A stretch of 54,220 nt of DNA, from assembly GCA_001687465.1 (NCBI GenBank), contig LVLI01000088.1:1-54220 (forward strand). The letters run 5' to 3'. Origin of the DNA: Halocafeteria seosinensis (taxonomy: Eukaryota). The notes below the pieces were generated by a model that worked only from the letters and a program-made list of their open reading frames with translations, did no database searches and had not been told where the DNA came from. The number at the start of each line of letters is the position of its first letter. The stretch's first letter is position 1. Position numbers and translations under genes: made by a program. Of this stretch, positions 22,946 to 35,099 are shown in pieces.

Positions 22946-25900
22946 CTATTTGCCTAGTGCCTCAAGTTTGCCGCGCAATGTGGCCAACGTTTCTGAATTG
23001 CTCATTTTCGGTTCTTCACGGTCATGCTGTTTGAAGATTGATCTGAAGTCGGTGTGTTCTGACGAGTAGGGTGTATCCTGTCCTCCCTCGTTCTTTGATT
23101 TGCTCTGAATATGCTTGAGCCACGAAGTCAGAATGTGATGAAACTCATCCAGTTCTTCTAGCGAGCGCTGAATGACCTCCTTAATACTATCAGAATTATG
23201 AGCACCAACGATTCGTGAATATCCGGAGCCCCTTTTGGGATTCGACTTCTGCATACCGTCCTGGGCCTGTCGTATCCCTTTCTTGATGTTAGCGAATGTA
23301 TCATTGAGCGATTTCTCAATGGAGCTCACAGTATTTGGGGGTTCAATTTTTTCGAGTTCCGCACCAAGGTCACCTGTATTTTGTATCGTCGCCATCATGT
23401 CCTCAGAGTGTGTTCGTTGCCTCGAATTCCTCAATTCGTTTACCGGCAAATCCGCAAGCAACTCGTGCAGAGAATCTATATAATACTCCTGCTCTTGGGC
23501 TGTTTCCTCGAGATTGTTGACCGTACTATTACTTTGAGATAGCTTTGATTCCAACTGTTCAATCCTCCGAGAAAGTTGATCTTTTTGGGCTTCATCCTTT
23601 TCAGCCCCTTTCTCTAGCCGTTTCGCTCTCTGACGATACATTGTCCGCTCGTCCGCCACTTGTTTCAACGCATTCAATATGTTACTCTCCTCATACATCA
23701 AACGTTTTACCAGTTTTTTCATGTCCTCCGATTGCTTTCGATAATGCTCTAGTTCGTCAGGCGTAGACTTTACGTACAGTCTACTGTCGCTTTGGCTGCG
23801 GCCCCGTAACGGCTGTTCACCGGAACGAAACGGCACCGAAACGGGAATGTTACGCCCATCCAATGGGAAACGATGTAATACAGTAACCTCGGTAGACGCC
23901 ATATATCTGCTTCTTGGATGTAGCAACGTATGATGTTTCACATCGCTTACAGGTGCGGACGACAAATGCACATGTGGTAGCTTATGTCGCGGTTCTAGAT
24001 AACCGTACACGAGCATTGTGCCTTCTATGCCTTGTCGAACCAAAGAGCTGGCCCTTCCATCGGATCCACTGCGAGGGTCTCTTAGAGGCTGAAGGGCTGT
24101 CTCGAGCCACGACTTCATCGAATCGTGGATATTGGCTACCCATTCCCATCGTTGACTTGCAACCCATGGAGGAAGCCGCTGGCTTCCTGGTACTCGTCGG
24201 TTTTGCATTTCATGCTGTAGGCCCCAGTAGAGATCCATATCGAACTGTGATACACCACCATTGTCAATTTTAACGTTGCCATCCTGTAGCAAGCAAGGTA
24301 TACTGTTGAATACACGACGTTGCCCGACGTCCATAGCCTTGGTTCCAGATTGAGAGAAAATGACGTTCAGGCAGTAAAAGGGGTCCACTACTGAGTCGTC
24401 TATCAGCCTTTTCGCTGCACTATATGCCTTCCGAATAGGAGAATCAGCGCTCTCTTCAGTTCGCATGTCACACACATCTTGCATTGATGACAGTGACATC
24501 AAAAGAAGTTTAGAAGGAGGTGGAGCATTCCGCTTCACTTCCACGAGAGTTCGGGAAAAGTAGGTGTGATAATTCGTCCGCGCTCCGTGAAGCACTCTAT
24601 CCTGTGCTCGATGTCTTCCGATGATCTCACGGAATTCGTCTAGACCAGAAATTTGGGGGCGTGCTTCAATTATGTCACGGTCTAAGTCAACGACCAAGAA
24701 GTTGTCTAGTCCCTCTTCGAAATTTGCCAATTGCGACAGATTAGTTAACATTCCTAGAATTGCGGGAACTGGAGAGCCGATGATTTCAATTCGATCAGTT
24801 GGTAGCACAGGAATATACACATTGACCCACTGAAGGGGATCCAGCGACAGCCGCAGCCCTTCACAGCACCCACCAAGGCGCCACAAACTAAAAGAACGCA
24901 CAAGCAAGCTGCACTCGCGGAGCAAGCAATAGAGTATAACGAAGTAAGTCTCGTAACTTATACAAGAGAAAAGCGTTGCAAATGAAAGGTTGAACATTTG
25001 GTTCTCGCTGTATTGTTTCGGAATCAAAGCCACCTCCCTTAAGCAAATTTGTGTGAGATTCACCTGTGGTGCTTTGCCTACATTTCCCCACTTCAAATTA
25101 GTACCTGCACTCCACAACAACATGCTGGAGTTGAGTAAACAATGCAAATAAAATGACGTTTCCAAACACTGACATATTTTCATTGCAACTTCTTCGAACG
25201 ATGCTTTTCCATAACTCGTCCTCGACCTGATCGAGTCGAAAGCAGGAACACCGAAGCACGATGGCGGTTCCGAATACTGCTCGTACAAATCCTTAAGTAT
25301 GGCCCTCATCGTATCGGGAAGAAAATGGCGACTAATAAGTGCAATGACGATTCCGTGCTTTTGGAGAACGAATCCGTCCGGAGGTCTGAAGACTTCTGAC
25401 ATTCGCCGACTTCTCGAGATGGTAGTATTAGTCCGAGACGGTATCTTGGCGCTATTGCCGGATGAATGTCGCGTGTGATGGGAAGATTCCGACACAGCCG
25501 AAGTCGTACGCCGCAAGTTCTTGTTGGATTGGCCATCACTACCGTGAGGAGGCAATCCTGAAGTGCTTTGGGTGTGAGGCACGGTAATGTGTGGCGATTG
25601 GTGGTGCGAATCTGATTCAGACGCCGCACTTTGCGTTTGTGTATCCACAGCCTGGGACGCAAAGTCTTCCATGTAGACGAATCCTACGTACAGTTTGGAC
25701 GCATCCTGCCCCGTCATAACAGTAAAGTAAAACTCGCCTTCTGGAACTGTCACGTCGTGCCCCATGGGAATACAAAAATCAGCAGTTTCATCCGGCAAAG
25801 TCACTCGTCCTTCACTCTGAACCGAGGATGGCGAGGGGATTTGACGGCATAATATCGCTCGATCCGTTCCATCCTTGGCCGGGTCAGGGTCCCCGTGACG

Positions 25901-26390
25901 TACTATCAACACGTACTCGAATAGAGGCCTCTGTTGCTCTTCGCCGTCGATATCGTCGTCTTCCTCCTCCTCGCTGTCCTCATCGCCGCTGGGTGGTTCC
26001 GAGATGGCGGGGAGGTCTTCGGTCTCATGCTCTCTGCTGCTCGATGTCCGGACGCTGAGACTATGCTGTGTCGTTGCACGATCTCTACCTTGACTATTAC
26101 TGCGATGGGCGCCCTGCGTCTGTGCATTCGAGCCACTGGCATTGGGGGAGCCAGATCTCATGTAAGAGGCTCCAGGGGGAGCCGATCGACTGGACAACAT
26201 TTGCTCTGCCTCCCTGTACATGCCAAGACAAGAACAAAAGTTATACAACCCAAGAGTCATTAGAAAATGGCACGCAGTTGGTAGGTTAACCGTCATTTAC
26301 TTCGGTCGCATCTTGCGACTTCCACGGGGCCGCCGGAAGTTCCCGGAACGGAATCCATTGCACACAGTCTGGACCACTGCCCACAAGCTA
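22946..26390 (-). CDS. DENN-domain protein (putative Rab GEF) with C-terminal coiled coil; further 5' exons probably extend to ~26800
   Basis: uDENN LFEYVLIV, FCIPMG, FYFTVMTG; cDENN CLLRECSLL...LDPLQWVNVYIPVLP...GSPVPAILGM...VVDLD. Start codon not resolved. Confidence 0.85.
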
Positions 26391-26871
26391 TGGTACAGGA
26401 GAGTCTACTGTACGTTCGGGACGAAGTGAGTGCCTACTGGCGAGATCGTCGGAGAGATATTTTACAGGACAACGCAACCATGCTCGGCTGAGACGTGGAT
26501 GACATGAGAGCGATGGGTCTTCGATGCACCGCACGCCCTACAGCTGCTGGTAGCAATCGTATTGCATTAGTATGTGGCTAGATTCGACAATGTTGGGCAT
26601 TGTATACGATGCGCGATGATCATCTCCGAACCCGGGTGAAGAGTACCTTGTATTCGGAAGGAGGTATGTTTCATGATGTTCGTCGTTAACTGCACCAAAC
26701 TCTGAGCGCAGCGGAAAGGCAGTTCGCATGAGGATGTGAGGTTGAACTTACTTTATAAGAGTCGTTCCGAAGCTGCTACAGGCCTGTTGATGGCATTGGT
26801 AGCTTATAGGTAGATGATGAAGAAGATGCGAGGTCCGTTCATGCACCCAAATTGTAAACAAGAGAGATACC

Positions 26872-29226
26872 ATGAGCAGTGAAGCTTCTGAAGGACATAG
26901 TGGAATCCATGCGACCGCCACGTCGCACGATCAAGATGATACGGATGCTATGAATGTCTTACAGAGGTAAGCACAGTTTCGCTCCTAACAACCATAGAAA
27001 AATTCACTCTATTCATCTCATCTTGCATTGATGTAGTGACAGCTACTTGACAGGAGAGACAGAGGATGAAGACTATCAGGAATTCATTGCACGGTGCATC
27101 CGAGGACGGCATCCCATTCGGATATGGTCTTTATATCAGCGCACGTTAGATAGATTGATGTTAACAAGTGGTATGTTGTGTGCAAGTGCGTGGGTATTCT
27201 TCACGTTCTTCTGGACGACTTCGCAGACGGTGGAAGTAGATCACAGCACCGAGGAAGACTTGGTTTTGGCCGGAGTGTTAAGAATTGGGCTTTCAGGACC
27301 ATGAGAAAGAAAAGCAACAAGCACAAGGTCGAACAAAGCCCACAGTTTCAAAACTTTCAGAGTATTGTTTCTAGTAAAGGCTCCGCTACCTCTGTAGAGG
27401 AATCCTTAGGAAATAACTGGGAGGCCATTCAGGAGTTCTTGGACGGGTTGCATACGTAAGGCAGTGTGCGGTGCGCGCACCAAGAGTCTCTCGTACAGTC
27501 AATCCCGGTAACACTTGCAGATTTGATAGCGAGTGCCGCCTTCGCAGTCTCTACCAAATGACGGCTTCACCGTCGGGTGACTTACGGTTCAGCCACTATA
27601 TTTCCACGCCTGTGATAGCACGGTCCAACGTCCATCTGGAAGACCCAAGCGTATCTAATGTAAGTAGTATTTTGCTGAACCTTAAACGCACAGTTTGGTC
27701 TCGATGAATAGATGAAGTTCAGATGGCATTGGAGGAAGACTGCTTCGAAGAATTCTTGGCCTCTGTTTATGCTGCAAACGTAGCAAACTCCAATTCTTCG
27801 GTCCCCAATATTCCCCAAGTGCCGTGTTCGGAGGATATTCACCACAGTGTGCGAGCTATCAACGTTGGGAGCCAACAAATAGAAGTAAGACTCAGTCTGC
27901 TGGCTCACTACTGTATTTCAAAATATTGATTGACAAGTCTTCCATGGGCTCAGGCCAAGCTCGATGCATTTTGCGTGGCACCCGCATTGGTGGTGCAGGT
28001 CGACGTAACGCCAAAAGAATTACAACTGGCAATGGTAAGCTGCTGCAGCACAAAGTGTTCCTCGGAATGGAAACGGGACCGCTGCTATCACGTATGAAAA
28101 TGGTTCAGGGAGAAGACACCACCGTAGGGTTAACGATCCGAATTGATCAACCTAACACCGAAGCTGAAATCTTACTGGTAGCTCATGTAGGAGAGACTTC
28201 AGGTTTAGCTTTACCTATCGCCATTTTTGCTCGTACCGGGAACCAACTTTTTGGAGTAGACGCAAGATACCTGGAAACGTCATATGATGCTATTCCGTCG
28301 ATGGAGAGTCTTGGATCCCCTATGGGTGGCTTTGATCCCGTAAAGAGTTTGCTTCCCGAGGAAGCAGCTGCGGGTCGAGATGCTTATCGTATACCACGAG
28401 CCCTCAAAATGCTTCGAACGCATTTGTGGGCAGTTCATGGGCATACAAAGGTAACCCAGTGCTAGAGTGCTCCTTACTTGAGTAGTTACCTCCCTGATCA
28501 TTTATGATACAGGAAGGCATTTTTCGTCTTTCTCCAGAATTCAGGCTAAAGGAAAGGGTGCAACAAATGTTAGAGCATGGAGAATTCTCCCCAGGCCAAG
28601 AGGGCATACCTGCTGAGGTTGTTGCTAGCCTCATGAAGGTAAGAGATGGTTTGGCATCCATCGACTAACGTGACTATTCTTCATTCTGACTCTTTGAATC
28701 TGGTGCAACGTTCAGAATTTCTTCGCGAAGCTACCTAAGCCTCCGCTCGATTGGATTCCCTCCGGGGATTTGGTAACAACAAACTCGAAAGAACGCCTTC
28801 TCGAAGTGCTGCAGGAGAACATCCCACCGCTAGAAAGAGAGTGTTTGGTAGGTTGACGCCGGCAAATGGAGCTAGTGCCCTGGAAATATGCAGATTGGTT
28901 CGTGGATTGATTCCGCAGCTATGGCTAGGTGAAATGCTCAGTAGAATAAGTGAATTCGAAAATCTGAACAAAATGAACTCCGCGGTTCTCGCAACGGTGT
29001 GGGCTCCTTCTCTGGTTTCGGCGGATAGTGCAACTACTAATCCCGCAGAAGCATTTTCGGTAAGCCAAAGGGCATGTATTCAAGCTGTTGTATGACAATA
29101 CGGTTGTTACACCATTGAAGTGCGATTCGAACCTCGCAGGGCCTTCAGCGCATTATCCAGCTGATGACAATGCTTCTGGATTGTACAACGGACGAGCGCC
29201 AGTCCATTCGTCCATCCGTGAAGTAG
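26872..29226 (+). CDS. RhoGAP-domain protein, multi-exon
   Basis: Spliced RhoGAP motifs IPRALKML...EGIFRLS (arginine finger), VASLMK|NFFAKLP, NKMNSAVLATVWAPSL; GT-AG introns; last exon ends with TAG at 29224-29226. Confidence 0.8.
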
Positions 29227-29878
29227 GATGGCCTTCTGGGCTGGTGTATACTTCGTACACTCCCTCTATGCGCATGAAGTCGCTGGTTCCGCAGGGCTAG
29301 TCACTTCAACAGCAGTAAATGGAAAATGGCTGGGTGATGGTGAAAGCCCTTGTATTTTGAGAGTCCATTCCTCTGGTTTGTGTATTGGCTGCTCGGAAGC
29401 GCCGGAAGACAAATGTATTGAGACACTAGTACATTGCTCAGGACCATTTGATAGCTGGGGCGTGATTCCTGAGCACTATCATCCGTTTACAAAACGTGTG
29501 AATATAGGTATTCTGGGTGAATGCGCGCTTCCTGGTATGGTGCAGATCGTAACTCTCTATGCTGTCGTGTCATCAAGCCTTGGTGACCAACGATTGAAAC
29601 CTATGTTTCCGCTTTATTTCATAGTCACTTGGCGATACAATCGGAGCCGCGTGTGTGCGTACTGCAAGGGTCAGCTGGTAATGCCCTGTTTCTCCTTTCT
29701 GGTGCAGTTTTCGGAAGTCCGACGAGGCCATAACCGTGACACCAGTAACGAATGGATGGGCCAAACACCACACATGTGTTTCACAGGTGTCTTAAGCGCA
29801 TGAAAACATGGCTACCGTTTTTGGTGGACAACATAAGATCCCAGGTCCAATCGTTCGTCCGTTAGATTGCGCCGATCC

Positions 29879-30925
29879 TCAGGAAATCATACTGGAATCA
29901 CGCATGTAGGAAAACAGCGACTTTATAGCGGCTTGCTCCGCGTCAGTGATGTCAGGGTGCCATGTGTCAAACAACAGGATAACTCGTGCTCCTGAGTCGT
30001 CGGCGTTCCAGGCCTCATGTTCTGCAGTATCGGTTCATCCCGTCTTATCACTTTAAAGTAACGTCCGAATCAAAATAAGGAACGATAAACTTACCAAACG
30101 AATCATCAAAAATGAATGGCTCTCCGGCTCTCCACTGGTATTCTTGTCCCGCTACTTTGATACCGCAATTTCCCGGTACTGTTCGCGCAGGTAGAGAGTC
30201 CAAAACCCGAATAAACCCAATATGCGATGCAGACATAACTTACCGTCCAAAGGTAAATGGCACCGGATCCGCAGGTTAGTTGCTCCGAAGTGTGGATCGA
30301 TTTTGGCTCCTGGTTCCAAGGAACTGAAGAAAGCGTACCCAAACGGAGCATCTTTCATGAAGCGGGGGATATGTTCCAGCAAAGCCACCGTCGTCGGACA
30401 GTATCTGCAATTAACAGCAAGCGAAGAAATTAACTATCCCCATGTCCTATTGTATCATGTCATGTGAGAATTCCACTCTGCTTCAGCTCACTTTTGAAAT
30501 CCATTTTCACCGAGTTGGTGTCCTTGATTCACGTAGCTAAACCAGTCCCATTGGCCTGAATGGAGCTGCTACCAAACCGCGCAATCGCCACGGGTGAAAC
30601 TTAATCAAAAATTACCCTCACGGGTCCTCAAGAAGTGGTGGTGGTGGTGACGTACTTGATGTTCATCGGGTTTCAAGGCGTAATCGCTTTCAATCCCTCG
30701 AGCTCGTAATTGGTCATACTCTTGTTTAATTAATCCGGCATTCTCACGGAGCATGGACGTCCAGGCAAAGTCATCGGCCTTGTAGACCGGCTGCTGAGGG
30801 AGCCCGGGAAGATGCATTACGGAAGGCTGTGGACGATAAGCGCCTATGGTACGCAGCATGTGGCTCTTCACAACCGTCGCTCCCAATTGTCCCAGGAGAC
30901 TGCCCGAGGACGAAGATGATGCCAT
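29879..30925 (-). CDS. Aspartyl/asparaginyl beta-hydroxylase domain protein (2OG-Fe(II) dioxygenase), multi-exon
   Basis: FFSSLEPGAKIDPHFGATNLRIRCHLPL, WRAGEPFIFDDSF|EHEAWN, RVILLFDTWHP; GT-AG introns. Confidence 0.9.
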
Positions 30926-31142
30926 TTTACTGTTTCGAGTGATGAACAATTAATACACTTCCCAACAACTCCCGTCGTACAGAAAGAGTCTCTAGTGTGT
31001 ATGTATCGAGCTCAATAAGTCATCTTCACAACGGGCATGCTTGTCTCTACAGAGTCTACACTAAGGGGATTGACACAAAACAAAACGAGTCCCTACTGCT
31101 ACGCAGACGGTAATCAGGCAGGGGAGAGAGAGAGGGATATAT

Positions 31143-33233
31143 TTAGTGGGAGACGTCAGAATTGCCATTGACAGCTCCATTGGACATACTGACGTCGCTA
31201 GAGCTATCGCCACGACCCTGTATCGACATAGCAGATACAACGAGCAATGAATGAGCCAAGCGTGTTGTCCTGGCAAGACACCATCCATACGTACCTGATG
31301 GGTTTTTAAGTTTGATTTCATATGTTCTAACTGTGCCAGTTTATCTTCATATAATAACTCCAATTCAGTTACCTTTTCCATACGCTGAGACATCTGCATG
31401 CACCGGAGAGTTTAACATTTCTACCTTGTGAATACCTAGAGGATGAGCAAACATACTCGATCGATTTCCTTCTCTAGACTTCTCGAATACTCCCTTTCCT
31501 TCTGTAATTTCTGCCTATCTTCGATAAGTGTTTGGATAAGAGTTGATGCTGCAACCGTGCTGCTGTTCATTGCAGCCTCCTCAATGAGGTCGTTTAGACT
31601 GCTACCATGCATGCTGGAGTCAGTCAATGAGCTAACTGTCTTCTCTATTTCGGTTTTTGCAGCCATATATGCTGCGTTCAGGACGTGCCTCGGAACTCCA
31701 CTAGCAGCGCGTCTGAGTACAGCAGACCAAGGGATGCGTTTTGTTGAGGATGAGGAGCCATTTGTAGGCGTGTCGTCTTGTCCCAAATTTATGGTAGCAA
31801 ATTTCAGGAGACACTCATTACCCGTCTTTGTACCAACAGCATTAGCTACTCTATCCCAGTCCACATAGGGTATTTGCTCTGTGCTTTCATTCATGCTTTC
31901 CCCATCCTTCATTGAATCCGCCAGTTCCCGTTGTATCGCTTCAAATAGCGCCTGGAGTTCCTCAGCTTCCCACTCAGAAGTATCCAAATCATTCAGTGAT
32001 CCAATATCAGGAAGGCTCATATCATCCAAAAATTGCTTCACAATCTCCCGGTGGTTATTTTCTTTGGCAATATAATGGTCTTTATCTTCACCTCTGTTAT
32101 CGTCCTGGCGAGAAAGCTGATCATATGTTCTGCCACCATATACGTTCTCGCTTCTGCTTCCGGAAGCAGTAATGCCGTCAACTAACTGTACACCAGACTT
32201 CGTGTTTTGGCTGTATACTGGAGTGTTTATGGTGGATTTGGGGCCAAGTCTTGGAGGTACAGACTCTGGCGTGACGTTGAAATTGATAAGTCCCCATCGC
32301 TCCAAAAAACTGTGGACACGCATGATAGCACACACGTCTCCGGCCAAATATCGCCGAACTGCCGTGCCGGTCAGGTAGACCTGTGGATTTTGCCGATATA
32401 AGTCAATGATAAAATTGCGATACTTCTTATATGTTTCCGGCGTCTTAAGTGAGCTTTGTCCGTTAAAGAATTCAACATTGTATCGCTTCTCTACTTCATG
32501 TATGCTATCCATGCGGAACCACGAAGAACAAGCCGGAATCGTCAACGGATGGGTAGCGGGATCCGGCTGTGGCGGAGGTGGCTTTGGTACTCTTTGAAGG
32601 AAATTGATATCTTCCTCTGTTAACACACTGGGTTCATTTGCAGTCTTGCCTGTCCGTTGATAGGCTCTTTCAAGTTCTTGCTCCAGTAGTTGGAAGTCTT
32701 CACGCTTTATTGGTGGTGGCTGAGGTGGTTCCTTGGCCGGCTGCTGCTCTTGTTGCTCCTCCTTTTGTTGTCGCTTCTGTTGAGAATCTTGATTGTGTTT
32801 GGACCGCGATGAACCTCTTCCTCGACCTCGGGTGGAGGAAGCTGCAGCTCGACCGCGTTTGCTCGTTTTGGTTCCTCGTCCACGACCACTTGCAGGGCTC
32901 TTCGCCGCCGTCTCGTATCCCATTCGCTCATTGCTATTCACCATCGAAACATCTGCATACGCATCAATATACCCATTATTGGACTAATTACATACAGCAT
33001 TTGAATGAACGAATCAATCCCCTCGCATTCATACCTGGTTGAGATGAGCCAGATTGCCCCGCCACAGCCGTGCTGTTGCTGCTTCCGCCGACAAATATAG
33101 GGACTGTGTTTCCACTCGAGCTTGCACCAGACCCCCTATCGCCTCGTATGGACGCATTTTCAGTCGATGTGGTGTCTTGGCCACCGCTGCCACCCTCCGC
33201 GGAGGAGACTTTAAAGGTCAGTTTGATAGACAT
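31143..33233 (-). CDS. SWI3: SWI/SNF subunit SWI3/SMARCC-like (SWIRM + SANT)
   Basis: SWIRM IPACSSWFRMDSIHEVEKR...EFF...YRNFIIDLYR...YLTGTAVRRYLAGDVCAIMRVHSFLERWGLINF; SANT WEAEELQALFEAI...WDRVANAVGTKTGNECLLKF. Confidence 0.9.
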
Positions 33234-35099
33234 TGGGCTCCTTGGTTTACGCTTAGACTAGGGAGGACAAGAAATGATCTGGAGCACACTCCACTGAATT
33301 CTGCGTTTCCTATGTGATAAACAAGGCGTACACATACAATTGGACTTTGGCTGCCCGGACAGTCTTTTCGGACCGAAATTCGGCCGGAGAAGTTCAGTAA
33401 GAAATCATACCGGTGGTGGTATGTAAGTATCGATATATTTTAATTCTGCGTGAATGGGAACCAACTTGGTTGTGGAAGCTCCCTTAAAGAGCATCGTAGC
33501 GCGGGACTCAGCTCGAAATCTCACCGATAATTATCTACAATGAACTGGTACTGACTTGTACAATGATACCTGAAGAAATAGCCGGTTCGGGTGGAACTGC
33601 CACTTGCGTAATGTACGTATTTGCGAGCACTGAGCAATCACGACAATGCTGGACGTTTTGTTCATTTAAAGTTTAATAACGATCTTAAACCCTCGAATGT
33701 TGCAGTAAAATACGTGCACTGGCAGCAACCCAACGGAAACAACGAAACAGAAACGACCCGTATCATCCCTGCTCTCAACGCCAGTCGTAGTGTCCATGGA
33801 CTGCACCGCACCCTAATTGAATCACCTTTACGTCCATTTTTTCCCTCTTCCTCAGCCCTTGCTTGTCTCTTTATGGTTCTTCTCCTGACCATCTTCTTTC
33901 GGCTCGTGCTGCACCACAGACCCAACCTGTTTTAGAGGCACTAACGTTTCCTGTGAATTGCTAGCATATTCGCCCACTTTTGCTCGACAAATGCTAATCG
34001 TCCGGTTTAAGCAAGGACGGCCTCTTCCATCCAATAGAAGCTCTTCAGGCAATCAATTTGAGTTGATGTTCTGTCGCTTCTCGTTGTCAGGGTATACCAA
34101 TGTATGTACAGTAACATCAACCGAGGCTCGAATGACTCCCAACATCCCTCATTTACAGTAATGTCAGTAAATGCACTTCATATATCCTTCGTAGCTGCAT
34201 CGTTCTTCCGTGCAGCTATGCCGATCTTCATTACCTAACAATCTCGAACAATCTCTGCCGTGAGTCACGCCAGGTTGCAAGGAAACAAGCACTGGCGATA
34301 AACGGACATCTAGCATGATATAGGGAGCGTTTCCCATGCTACATGCCTCTCTGAGACAGCAGTTTCGTCCTTTCTGCGCCTCGCACACCAATAATTCAAT
34401 GTCAACATCATAGGTGTCCATGGCTCCACGTGCGCTGGCTGCTGCTGCCCCGCACCAGCTGGGTACTTTGCGAAGTTGACATTCATGAGTCGGTATGCCT
34501 CAAGAGCCAAGAATTGACAGCCCTGTTTACGTTGCGGTTTCAAGCCAGCAACGAAAGAGTGCGTGGACCCCCTTGTATGTATCGTATAAAGAAGGCGAGT
34601 GCCGACGCGGACTGTTCGTCGCGGACAGCATCGGGCTAAGTTTCCGCATCCTTGCTGCAGAGTGTTCCTCGCTGGGAGCATGATATTGATTCTGCATCCT
34701 CAGGTTTGTCCATCTCCGAAGCAATGAAGATAAGTGATTGCCGATTTTATTGAAACTTTCGTCGGCACAGTATTAGTTTATTCCGCGACGTCGGGCATTC
34801 TCATTCCTTGAGGGAGGTCGCCAAGTCTGGAAGAGAACACATTCTATATCTGTATGCCTCACGCCTCTTGTATCCCCCCGCTGACACTGTCTACAGCTAT
34901 TTGGCAAGATAAATAGAGAAGTATAATTGTGTTTGTCTGTGGCAGCACAGAAATTGTTCTGTTCTGAAATAGTACTACCTGGTACAGAACGGGTCGTCAT
35001 CGTCGAACCCGGAGCTGACTTTGACAACCCAAATAGCCGCTGATTGTTTACCGCTCGTATTCTGTAATTCCGCCTACGGATTAGTAGTTTGCAGCAACC

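Noticed and set aside
29228..29803. 191-aa plus-strand ORF and minus-strand fragments
   Set aside because: No recognisable motifs or convincing splice model; a small gene cannot be excluded.
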